From: Paramoeba atlantica
Lineage: Eukaryota; Protista; Discosea
Assembly: GCA_977017575.1 (NCBI GenBank)
Contig: CDRNVI010000173.1
Span: 1-64,000 of the forward strand
Direction: 5' to 3'
DNA length: 64,000 nucleotides
Shown: piece by piece, positions 26,075 to 37,868 of the stretch
How positions within the stretch are numbered: the first letter of the stretch is position 1
Layout of the letters: each line of letters begins with the position of its first letter
Translations under genes and position numbers: made by a program
Notes under the pieces: generated by a model
Told to the model about the DNA's origin: nothing
The model's database searches: none
The model's input: only the letters and a program-made list of their open reading frames with translations

Positions 26075-28338
26075 ATGAGTGGACAACAAGGAAAGAGAAA
26101 GAGAGAAGTGGTGAGAACTGAGGGTGAGGAGGGGAAAAGAAAATCGAAAAGAGAAAAGAAAGATCAAATTACTCATGATGATGGGGATGTTATCATTGGT
26201 GGAGTTGAGAATGATGATGATGAAAAAGAAGAAAGAGAAAGAAGAAGTGAGGATGTTCTTGGAAAGAGAGAACAAGAAATGGGACAAAATGAAGGAGAAG
26301 AAAATATAGAAGGAGAAGAAGAGGTGATAAAAAGAAGAAGAAGAGAAGAAGAAGAGAAAAAGAAAAGATTTGAATGTGGAGTTTGTTTGGAGTTGATGAG
26401 TTGGGAAAAAGAACCAAGGTTGTTACCTTGTTGTGGTCTTTCTTTTTGTTCTCTTTGTCTCAACAAACTCTTTCTTCTTCAAAATCCTTCCTCTTCTTCC
26501 TCCTCTTCTTCCTCTCCCTCTCCCTCTCCCTCTGCTACCTCTTCTTGTTCCTCCTTGAGAGGAGTGAACTGTCCAGTGTGTCGAGAAGTGAATGAATGTG
26601 AAAGCGTTGAGACACTTTCGATGAATTATTTGATTCCAGAAACGATTGATGTTCTTCTTTCTTCAAATTTGATCTCTTTCTCCAATCCATCAACTTCAGG
26701 TTTTACTTTTTGCTTTTTTCTTTTCTCTTTGGAGTTGGAGGAAAATTGACTGACTTCCTTTTTTTGAACATAAAAATAGAAGAGGAAGTTGTCCCAAGAT
26801 GTGTAAATTTCGAAACGTGTGGAGAACAAACTCGAATGTATTGTTCTGATTGTAAAATGTTTATTTGTGATTTTTGTGATCCATCTCACACTTCAACTAT
26901 TTTCTCTCGAAATCACAAACGATCTGAAAGAGGTGGTGTTGAGGGAGGTGGAAGAAGAAGAAGATTGGAAGAGGAGGGAGGGGTGGTGAGAGTGGGATTG
27001 GAGAATTTGAAGAAGAGAGAATGTTCAAAACACCCATCTGAAACAATTTGTGGATTTTGTTTTCAATGTTCTTCTTTTGTTTGTACTCGTTGTATTCTTG
27101 GTACACATGATGATCACAGAAAGAAAGTGAAATCAATTGAAGAAAGTATTTTGGAGAAGAGAAATGAAGTTGTAAAGATTGGAGATAAATTGGAGAGAAG
27201 ATTGATTTTGATTGAGAGGAAAAGAAAAAGAATTGAAAAAGAAATGAAAGAATTAGAAGAGAAATTAGAAAAGAAAAGAATTGAAAAGAAAGAAATAGAA
27301 TTAGAGAAAGAAGATTTGAGAATCAGAAAAGATTCAATTATTCGTTTATCCAACACACCAACAACAACAACAACAACAACAACTGATTGTGATGTTTCTC
27401 TCTTTTTTGATGATCAACTTTTTTCAACTCTTCTTCAAACTGCAAATGATATTGTTTCTGAAGGTGGTGTTGATGGATTATTCTCAAAACCAAAGAAAGG
27501 AGTGATTTGTTGTGATGGTGGTGGTGATTCTTTTCGTTTTGTTTCTTCTTTTCCTTTGAAGAATGAACCTTTTGGAGTGAGTGTGAACAGTGATGGGAAT
27601 ATTTTTGTTTGTGAAGAGGGTAGATTGAGAGTGAGAGATAAAGAAGGAAATGAGATGATTGAATCAACAATTCAGAAAACAATTGATTCACTTTATTTGA
27701 ATCCTGCTGATATTTCAATTGGATTGAATGATCAAATTGTTGTTCTTGATTGGTCTCAAGATTTTCGTAGAGTTGTAATCTTAAACAAAGAAGGAGAATT
27801 GATCAAATCTTTTGGATCAAGAGGTTCTGAAGATGGTCAGTTTTATGAACCATATGGTGTGGATGTAGATGAAGAAGGTCGAATTATTGTTGCTGATACT
27901 TGCAACCATCGAATTCAAGTGTTTGATAATGATGGATCTTTTCTTTGTTCTTTTGGTTCAAAAGGTTCTTCTGATGGTCAATTTCATGAACCAAACAGTG
28001 TTGTAGTTGATAGAGATGGAAATATTGTTATTTGTGATTCTGAGAATCATCGGATTCAAGTGATGGATATTGAAGGGAATTTTATTCGATGTTTTGGAAC
28101 ATTTGGTTCAGGTGATTCTCAATTAAGTTATCCACAAGGTGTTGATGTGGATGGGGAAGGTAGAATTGTTGTTTGTGAAGGAAGAAATCGGCGAGTGAGT
28201 GTGTTTGAGAAAGATGGAACATTCCTTTTTTCATTTGGTCAAAATCACATGAAGTTTCCTAATGGGGTTGTTATTGATTCATTTGGAACAATTATTGTTT
28301 CTGATGGGCGGAATGAGTCAATTGAATTTTGGAACTAA
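26075..28338 (+). CDS. TRIM-NHL paralog copy 8, ~727 aa
   Basis: Exons 26075-26699 and 26780-28338 (80-nt phase-1 intron, TAG acceptor). Confidence 0.92.
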
Positions 28339-28982
28339 TTGAAAAGAGGAGGAGGGGTTTGTTTTTTTATTCTTTCCTTTTCTCTTTCTTTCTTTTTCTT
28401 TTCATTTATGAAAATGTGGATTCTTCTTCATTTTCAATTCGTCTTTTTTCTGTTTTTAGAGGAAATTAATGAAGAAATTTTATTCTCTCTTTTATCCTTT
28501 CCCTCCTCTTCCTTTTTAGTCTTTGGTGCGATCTTCATCTTCCTAATCTTCTTCAAAAAATTTCGATTCGATTTCTCCTCCAAACTTTTCTTGATTTCTC
28601 TTCCAGTATTTTTAACAATGACTTTTCCTTTTTTCTCGTTTTTAGAGGAAATTGAGAGAAAGAAATTTCCCCCTCCTTTTAGTTTTTCTCTCAGTTGTGG
28701 TGTGGTGGTCTTCTTCTTTTCCAATCCCTTCTTCTTCTACAATTTCGTTTTTTATCCTTCAGAGTCTCTCAATTTGGCGTTTCTTTTTGTTTTTGATGTG
28801 CAACTTGCGGAAAGAGAGGAAAACAAGAGAGGTGGGTGAGTTTTGCAATTGTGAGAACAACTTTTCTTTTCTCTGAATCTGTTTTTTCTCATGATCACGT
28901 TTCACCACCTTTGGCCACGCCTTTCTCTTTTGGATTTTCTTCTCGGGATTCTTCTTGATTATCTTATCAACAAAGGGAAGGA

Positions 28983-29795
28983 ATGGCCAATGAGGATGCT
29001 TCTTGGGCAAAAGTGAAAGAAGGAGTGAAGGAAAAGAAGAGTGTTCTTTTGCTTGAAGCTCTTCCGAGAATTCAAGCGAACTCAGACTGGGATTCTATTG
29101 ATACACTGGAGAACAGTTGGTTTTGTTCTTTTCTTTTTCTTTCTGGTTTCTCTCGCGCAGGATAATAACGAAAAACAGGTGATTCTTACCACAGGAACAT
29201 TCGAAAAAGAAGGGGATCCATTCTTTGATGAGAACCAAAAGATTGTTGAGTTGACCAAATCTGTTTTCAACTCTTGGGTCAACCACCAATCAACCTCTCA
29301 CCCAGAATTCTTGGCCTCCATTTATTGGATGCTGGTAATTTTTTCCTCTTTCTCTTTTTCTTTTTTTGTGATTCATTCCAATCACAATCAGGGGCGTGTA
29401 AATCACACAACATATGAACCTGAAGAGGCTCGGAAATATTATGAACAATCACTGAAGATTTGTTTGAGTGATTTGCACAGCACTCAGAGCACTCGGTTGC
29501 GTTGTGTTCTTTATTATTCAATGTTTCTTTGGGATGAAGAAGAGGAAGACAAAGCAATCAAAATGACCAAGGAGGGGTTTGATAGTGCGATTGGAGAGTT
29601 GGACACGATTGATGAAGACTCATATAAAGAAGCATGTGTGTCATTGCAACTCATGAGAGATAACTTAACCATCTGGGTGGAGGTTTGACCTCTTCTTTTT
29701 TTGTTGGTTCTTTTCTTTTTCTCACCCCTTTCATCTCTCAGACGAAAGGGAAACCAAGGTCCAGGAAAGTGAATATCAAACCTGCAAAAAAATAA
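28983..29795 (+). CDS. Divergent 14-3-3-like protein, ~205 aa
   Basis: LHSTQSTRLRCVLYYSMF and AIGELDTIDEDSYKEACVSLQLMRDNLTIW match 14-3-3 helices 7-9 (LPPTHPIRLGLALNFSVF and [26 protein letters not shown]). Exons are 28983-29115 (tentative), 29195-29334 (5' end tentative), 29392-29682 and 29742-29795. Confidence 0.75.
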
Positions 29796-29876
29796 ATTGC
29801 TTCTCTTTTCCTGCTTTTCTTCGAGTCAAGACTCATCAGAACCACCAGCCTCTCTCTTTGCAGGTTTGAGATTCAC
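29769..29876. repeat. 20-bp inverted repeat (19/20 match, 68-nt spacer) spanning the 3' ends of the 14-3-3-like and LUC7-like genes
   Basis: GTGAATATCAAACCTGCAAA (29769-29788) pairs with TTTGCAGGTTTGAGATTCAC (29857-29876). Confidence 0.85.
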
Positions 29877-30657
29877 CATCTACCATAAAAATTAAACAAC
29901 CACCACCAAAAAAAAAACAAAGAAAAACAAGACAAAAATGAAAAGAAAACCTTCAGTTCTTTAATCGTTTCACAAATTCGAACAAAACCAAGATGATGTT
30001 TTCCTTGTAGATGACTTTGAATTCGATCTTCTGAGTCGTTTGAAACCATTATCCCTCCACATTCCTCACAAACTTTCAGAGTGAGAGCATCAGGTTGATC
30101 CTGTGAAAAAGCTCTCAATTTTTTGAAAAAATGTAGAAGCGGCTCAAGAACGAGAAAAAAAAAACCTACCTTGTCTTCTCCGATTCTTTCTTTGATTTGC
30201 TTGACCCTTTGAAGAATCAAAGTCAGTTTTTTCCTTTCAAAAACAAAAGAAGAAAAAGGGAAAAAACAAAGAAGAAAAAAACTTTCGATCTCGAACTTTA
30301 ACGAGAGCCTCGAGTTCTTGAAGAAAATCAAACTCATAACCGTATTCGGTGGTTTTTCCAAGTGCAAGCATCTGTTGATATTCTTGTTGAAGAAAATGAT
30401 CATGTTTTTTCAAACAAGGCTCTAAGACAAAAAAAAAGGGGAGCCCCTCAGAAACAGAAACAGAAAGAAGAAGAAACAACAAAAGGCAAACCGAGCGCGC
30501 TCTTTGTATTGGCAAAAAGTTCAGGAAGACAGAATCCACACAAATAGTTTTTACAAACATCGGGATCATCGATCCTGAGAACCTCATTCGTTTCAAGAAG
30601 GTCTCCAGTTCTGTCGATCCCCATCAACTGGTCCAACAACACACGATTTTCGTCCAT
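29826..30657 (-). CDS. LUC7: LUC7-family U1 snRNP-associated protein, compact (~181 aa)
   Basis: Begins with LLDQLMG. ZnF1 is C-x7-C-x14-C-x3-H (VCKNYLCGFC..PCLKKH) and ZnF2 is VCEECG..H..GKHHLGF. Exons 30657-30492, 30421-30283, 30206-30170, 30100-29951 and 29879-29826 sum to 546 nt in frame. Confidence 0.85.
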
Positions 30658-30954
30658 TTGAAAAAACAAACAGAAAAAGAAATAGAAAAAAGCTAAAAAA
30701 AGAACTCTAAAAAATGGCCAATGGCTCTTTTTTTTGTTTGCTTTTTTCACTTTTCTCTTCTCCAAGACTTTGGTTTTTTCTTCTTTTTTTTTGACCGCTT
30801 CTTTATTCTCGACTCGACGAGCTTTTCTCCCACAAAATTATCCCCCTTCTCTTGATTCTTTGTTTCTGATGTTTGTATTTTTCTTTTCATATGTTTTTTC
30901 TTCTCTTTTCTGACCAACAATTCTTGATTCAGATCTTTTTTTGTTGATATCTGA

Positions 30955-31389
30955 ATGAGTGAGGGAAAGAGAAAGAGAGAAGGAGTCGAAAGTGAGAGTG
31001 AGGGAAAGAAAAGAAAAATTGAAAGAAAAAGTGATGACGAAAAAGAACGAAGAGATCAAACAACAGATTGTGATGTTGTTGATGTTGATGTGATTGAAGA
31101 AGAAGAGGATGATAAAATGGAACAAAGAGAAAGAAGAATTGAGGATATTCTTGGAAAGAGAGAACAAGAAGTGGGAGGAAATGAAGGAGAAGGAGAAGGA
31201 GAAAGAGAAAGAGAAGAAGTAGTGGTGAAGAGGAGAAAGGAAGAAGAAGAGAAAAAGAAAAGATTTGAATGTGGAATATGTTTGGAATTGATGAGTTGGG
31301 AAAAAGAACCAAGGTTGTTACCTTGTTGTGCTCTTTCTTTTTGTACTCTTTGTCTCAACAAACTCTTTCTTCTTCAAAATCCTTCCTCT

Positions 31390-31421
<32 letters not shown>

Positions 31422-33189
31422 TTCCCCTTCTTCCTCCTCTTCTTCCCCTCCATCTTCCTCTTCGTCTTCTTCATCTTTGAAAGGAGTGAAATGTCCAGTT
31501 TGCAGTCAAGTGACTGAATGTGAAAGCATCGAGATATTTGTGATGAATTACTTAATTCCGGAAACGATTGATGTTCTTCTTTCTTCAAATTTGATCTCTT
31601 TATCCCAACCAGGTTCCTTTTTTTTTTTCATTTTCCCCTTTTTTCTTCTTTTCTCAAATTCAGTTTTGATTGCAAAACATAAAAAAACAGGAGATGAATC
31701 AGAATGTGCGAATTTTGAAACGTGTGGAGAACGAACTGAAATGTTCTGCCCCAATTGTAATATGTTTATCTGTGATTCCTGTGATCCGTCTCACACTTCT
31801 TCTATTTTCTCTCGAAATCACAAACGTGAACAACGAACCAAGATCAACTTTTCAAGGACTGATGGGAGAGATGGGAGTGATGAGAGATGGAATGAGTTGA
31901 TGAAAGAATGTCCAAAACACCCATCTGAAACAATCAGTGGATATTGTTTTCAATGTTCTCTTTTTGTTTGTATTCGTTGTATTCTTGAAACTCATGTTCA
32001 ACACAAAGAGAAAGTGAAATCGATTGAAGAGAGTGTATTGAAGAAAAGGGATGAAGTTGTGGAGATTGGAGATAGATTGGACCGAAGATTGATTGTGATT
32101 GAAGAGAAAAGAAAAAGGATTGAAGAAGAAATGAAAGAATTAGAAGAGAAATTAGAAAAGAAAAGAATTGAAAAGAAAGAAATAGAATTGGAGAAAGAAG
32201 ATTTGAGAATCAGAAAAGATTCAATTATTCGTTTATCCAACACACCAACAACAACTAATCCTTCTCTTTTTTTTGATGACCAACTTTTTTTGGTTCTTCT
32301 TCAAACTGCAAATGATATTCTCTCTGAAGTTGGATTATTCTCAAAACCAAAGAAAGGAGTGATTTGTTGTGATGGTGGTGGTGATTCTTTTCGTTTTGTT
32401 TCTTCTTTTCCTTTGAATGAATCCCCTTTTGGAGTGAGTGTGAACAGAGATGGGTTTTTTTTTATTTGTGAAAATGATGGATTGAGAGTGAGAGATAAAG
32501 AAGGGAACACGATTGAAACAATTCAGAAAACAATTGATTCACTTGAATTGGAACCTATTGATGTTTCAATTGGATTGAATGATCAAATTGTTGTTCTTGA
32601 TTGGTCAAAATCGAGAAGAAGAGTTGTAATATTGAACAAAGAAGGAGAATTGATCAAATCTTTCGGATCACATGGTTTTCAAAATGGTCAATTTAATGGA
32701 CCATGGGGAGTTGAGGTAGATGAAGAAGGTCGAATTATTGTTGCGGATACTTTCAATAATCGAATTCAAGTGTTTGATGATGATGGATCTTTTCTTCGTT
32801 CTTTTGGTTCGAAAGGTTCTTCTGAAGGTCGGTTTAACAAACCTTATGCTGTTACAGTTGATGGAGATGGGAATATTGTTATTTGTGATTATTGGAATCA
32901 TCGGATTCAAGTGATGGATATTGAAGGGAATTTTATTCGATGTTTTGGAACAAGAGGTTCAGGTAATTCTCAATTGGAGTGTCCAAGAAGTGTTGCTGTG
33001 GATGGGGAAGGTAGAATTGTTGTTTCTGAATGGAAAAATGAAAGAGTGAGTGTGTTTGAGAAAGATGGAACATTTCTTTTTTCATTTGGTAAACATCATA
33101 TGAAGTATCCTCGTGGGATTGTTGTTGATTCTTTTGGGTCCATTATTGTTGTTGACAAGGAGAAAAAAGTAATTGAATGGTGGAAATAA
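30955..33189 (+). CDS. TRIM-NHL paralog copy 9 (divergent outlier), ~718 aa spliced
   Basis: Continuous 744-aa ORF. The homologous intron (31613-31690, 78 nt) is 3n and stop-free. It has a distinct inter-B-box linker and a short Thr hinge. Confidence 0.9.
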
Positions 33190-33658
33190 TGGTTTCTTCC
33201 CAATCCATTGGGGCGCTCTTTCGGTCTTGTTTTCATTCTTATTCTGTCTCTTTTGAACTCGTCTCCCAAGGGAAACCCCAACAAAAATCGACAAAAGACA
33301 AAAAACAAAAAATATATTTGCAAGACAACAAAACTAAAATATTTTTTTTTAATATCTTGGTTCTGTGAAATGAGAGACACAACAAAAATGAGAAGATTGT
33401 CCCAGAACCGAGAAATGAAGGAAAGTGTGAAGATCGAAATTGAAGAAGATGATTGAGACCACCACACCCAGAGACTAAAATAAAAAAGAAGGGAGAGAGG
33501 GGAGGGGAGGATGGAGAGAGCAAAAATTAGATTCTTCTTTCATTTTCCAAAATCAGAAAAAAGAAAACAAAATAAGAAATAAAAATAAAAATGACAAAAA
33601 AAACAAAAGAAAATCAAAAAAGAGAAAAGAAAATGAAAAAACAAACCTCTCTGAAAAA

Positions 33659-34612
33659 TTATTTCCACAATTCAATTGACTTTTTCCGCCAATCTGTAAC
33701 AAGAATCGATCCAAATGAATCAATAACAACCCCAAAAGGTCCTTTCAAGTGGCGTTTACCAAATGAAAAAAGAAATGTTCCATCTTTCTCAAATACACTC
33801 ACTCTTCCATTTCCTGAATCACAAACAACAATTCTACCTTCCCCATCCACATCAACACTTTTTGGAGACTTTAATTGAGAAACACCTGAACCTCTTGTTC
33901 CAAAGCATCAAATAAAATTCCCTTCAATATCCATCACTTGAATCCGATGATTCCAACTGTCACAAATAACAATATTCCCATCTCTATCAACTCCGACGCT
34001 GTTTGGTTGGTCAAATTGACCTTCAGAAGAACCAAATGAACCAAAAGAACGAAGAATAGATCCATCATTATCAAACACTTCAATTCGATTATTTTCGGTA
34101 TCAGCAACAATAATTCGACCTTCTTCATCCACACCCACCCCACACGGTCCATTAAACTGACCATCTTTAGAACCACTTGATCCAAAAGATTTGATCAATT
34201 CTCCTTCTTTGTTTAAGATTACAACTCTCCAAGAATCTTGAGAATGATCAAGAACAACAATTTGATCATTCAATCCAATTGAAACATCAACAGGTTCCAA
34301 CTGAAGTGAGTCAATTGTTTTCTGAATTGTTGATTCAATCATCTCATTTCCTTCTTTATCTCTCACTTTCAATCCACGCGGTCCTTCACAAACAAAAATA
34401 TTCCCATCACTGTTCACACTCACTCCTAAAACTTCTTGCTTCAAAGGAAAAGAAGAAACGAAACGAGATGAATCACCACCACCATCACAACATATCACTC
34501 CTTTCTTTGGTTTGAGTAATCCAGCTTCAGAAATAATATCAGTTGCAGTTTGAAGAAGAGTTGAAAAAAGTTGATCATCAAAAAAAAAGAGGAAGATCAG
34601 AGTCAGTTGTTT
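33659..34612 (-). pseudogene. TRIM-NHL copy 10: NHL-only fragment with an internal stop
   Basis: Homology begins near the post-hinge segment (~34612), with no RING, B-box or coiled coil. In-frame TGA at 33910-33908, where paralogs have CGA. Confidence 0.85.
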
Positions 34613-34796
34613 TCTTTCAACTCTTAGAAGAGAGAGAGAGAACCAACAGAAAGACGAGAAAGAAAGAAGAACGAGAGACCAAGAAAAAGAAGAACAAGAG
34701 AGACAAAAACAAGCACTGTAGAAGAAAGAAAAGCGAACAAAACAAAAAAACAGAAAAGAACAACAGAAAAAGAAAAAAAAAGAGAAAAAAAAGGAA

Positions 34797-34840
34797 GGGT
34801 ACGAAAAGAGGATTCAAAACTTTTTAAACCTCTGAAAAAA
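34797..34840 (+). promoter_or_regulatory. Conserved ~44-bp spacer element, copy 6 of 10
   Basis: GGGTACGAAAAGAGGATTCAAAACTTTTTAAACCTCTGAAAAAA, between copies 10 and 11. Confidence 0.55.
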
Positions 34841-35640
34841 ATATCACAAAAACACACCAAAAACTTTTTCTTTTTCGTTTTTCCCTCTCTTCTCTTTTCT
34901 TCTCTCTCTCTTCTCTTCTCTTCTCTCTTCTCTCTCTTCTCTCTTCTCTCTCATTTCGTTTCTTGTGCCTCTCTTTTTTGGGGTTGTGTTGTTTTGTCTT
35001 TCTTCTTCTTTTTGAGGTTTTTTGGGATCTCGTTCTCTCATATTTTTGTTTGGATTTTTCTCTTTCTTTTTCTTCTCCTTTGCCAAAGAATACTTTCTTG
35101 ACTTTTTGAGGGAGTGGTTTGTATTTTTTATTTTCTTTTTTCTCTTTTTTTTGCTCCATTTTTGAAAAAAAAAATTGTCAGACCTCTTTCTTTCTCTCTC
35201 TTTGGAGGACATTCTCTAAGAATCGGTGTTTTCTTTTTTGTTTTTGGGGGAGAGGACTCTTTTCTCTTCTCTTTCTTTCTTTGAAAACAAAAAATCCTTT
35301 CCCTGACTTTTTTGAGAGAGATGTTTGTCTTTTCATTTTTCTTCTTTATTCTTTTTTTTATCTCAATTTATTGAAAAATTGTCAGAAACCTTTCTCTCTC
35401 TCTCTCTCTTGTCTTTGTGGCTTTGTGGGGGACATCTCGATTTTCTTGATTGTTGATCCTCTTCTCTCACACTCTCGCACTCTATCTCTTTTGAGTTCGT
35501 TCTTTTGGGAAGGTGTTTTTGTTTGTTCTTTGTCTTTGATCTTTGTTTTCTCAACTTTGGTGAAGAGAATGTTTGTTTTTTTCTTTTCTTTTCTTTCTTT
35601 TTTTGTTGATTGATTTCTTTTCCCCACACAGAGAGACAAA

Positions 35641-36067
35641 ATGAGTGAAAAAAGAGGAAAGAGAAAAAGAGGAGGAGAAGAACAAGGAACAGAATTAGAA
35701 AGTGAGAAAAAGAGAAAAACCAAAAGAGGAAAGAAAGACAAAGAAGAAGATGTTGATGTTGTTGTTGGAATTGAAGATGACAATGTTGGTGAAAAAGAAC
35801 AAAGAGAAAGAAGAAATGAGGATATTCTTGGAAAGAGAGAACAACAAGTGGGACAAAATGAAGGAGAAGGAGAGGAAGAAAGAGAAAGAGAAAGAGAAGA
35901 AGAGATGATGAAAAGAAGAAGAAAGGAAGAAGAAGAGAAAAAGAAAAGATTTGAATGTGGAATATGTTTGGAATTGATGGGTTGGGAAAAAGAACCAAGG
36001 TTGTTACCTTGTTGTGGTCTTTCTTTTTGTTCTCTTTGTCTCAACAAACTCTTTCTTCTTCAAAATC

Positions 36068-36098
<31 letters not shown>

Positions 36099-37868
36099 CC
36101 CTTCTCCCTCTCCCATTTCTTCTTTGAAAGGAGTGAAATGTCCAGTTTGTCGAGAAGTGAACGAATGTGAAAGCGTTGAAGCACTTTCGATGAATTATTT
36201 GATTCCAGAAACAATTGATGTTCTTCTTTCTTCAAATTTGATCTCTTTCTCCCACCAACCAGGTTTTCTTTCTTTGTTTCTTTTTTTGAACTCTCACTTT
36301 TTTTTCTTTCTTTTTTTGAGAGAAAGTGATTTCAAAGTTGAAAAAACAAAACAACAGGAGGTGGATCAGAATGTGCGAATTTCGGAACGTGTGGAGAACA
36401 AACTCAAATGTATTGTTCTGATTGTAAAATGTTTATTTGTGATTCTTGTGATCCATCTCACACTTCAACTGTTTTCTCTCGAAATCACAAACGATCTGAA
36501 AGAGATGGTGTTGAGGGAAGAGGTGGAAGAAGAAGAAGATTGGAAGAGGAGGGAGGGGTGGTGGGAGTGATGGGATTGGAGAATTTGAAGAAGAGAGAAT
36601 GTTCAAAACACCCATCTGAAACAATCAGTGGATATTGTTTTCAATGTTCTTCTTTTGTTTGTGTTTGTTGTATTCTTGAAACACATGTTCAACACAATAA
36701 GAAAGTGAAATCAATTGAAGAAAGTATTTTAGAGAAAAGGAGTGAAGTTGTAAAGATTGGAGATAGATTGGAGAGAAGATTGATTTGGATTGAAAAGAAA
36801 AGAAAAAGGATTGAAAAAGAAATGAAAGAATTAGAAGAGAAATTAGAAAAGAAAAGAATTGAAAAGAAAGAAATAGAATTAGAGAAAGAAGATTTGAGAA
36901 TAAGAAAAGATTCAATTATTTGTTTATCCAACACACCAACAACAACAACAACAACTGATTGTGATGTTTCTCTCTTTTTTGATGATCAACTTTTTTCAAC
37001 TCTTCTTCAAACTGCAACTGATATTGTTTCTGAAGGAGGTGTTAGTGGTGGTGATTCTTTTCATTTTGTTTCTTCTTTTCCTTTGAAGAATGAACCTTAT
37101 GGAGTGAGTGTGAACAGTGATGGGAATATTTTTATTTGTGAAGAGAATGGTGGATTGAGAGTGAGAGATAAAGAAGGAAATGAGATGATTGAATCAACAA
37201 TTCAGAAAACAATTGATTCACTTTATTTGGATCCTGTTGATGTTTCAATTGGATTGAATGATCAAATTGTTGTTCTTGATTGGTCTCAAGATTGTTGGAG
37301 AGTTGTAATATTAAACAAAGAAGGAGAATTGATCAAATCTTTTGGATCAAAAGGTTCTGAAGATGGTCAGTTTTATGAACCATTTGGTGTGGATGTGGAT
37401 GAAGAAGGTAGAATTATTGTTTGTGATACTTGGAATCATCGAATTCAAGTGGTTGATAATGATGGATCTTTTCTTCGTTCTTTTGGTTCTTTTGGTTCTT
37501 CTGAAGGTCATTTTGATGAACCAAACAGTGTTGTAGTTGATAGAGATGGGAATATTGTTATTTCTGATTGTTGTAATCAGCGAATTCAAGTGATGGATAT
37601 TGAAGGGAATTTTATTCGATGGTTTGGAACATTTGGTTCAGGTGATTCTCAATTAAGTTATCCACAAGGTGTTGATGTTGATGGGGAAGGTAGAATTGTT
37701 GTTTGTGATAAAGGAAATGGAAGAGTGAGTGTGTTTGAGAAAGATGGAACATTTCTCTTTTCATTTGGTAAACATCACATGAAATATCCTCAAGGGATTG
37801 TTGTTGATTCCTTTGGAACAATGATTGTTTCTGATTATGTGAAAAAGTCCATTGAATTGTGGAAATAA
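35641..37868 (+). CDS. TRIM-NHL paralog copy 11, ~710 aa
   Basis: Exons 35641-36262 and 36358-37868 (95-nt intron). In-frame loss of the LLKPKKGVICCD linker (reads GGVSGGDSF). Confidence 0.9.
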
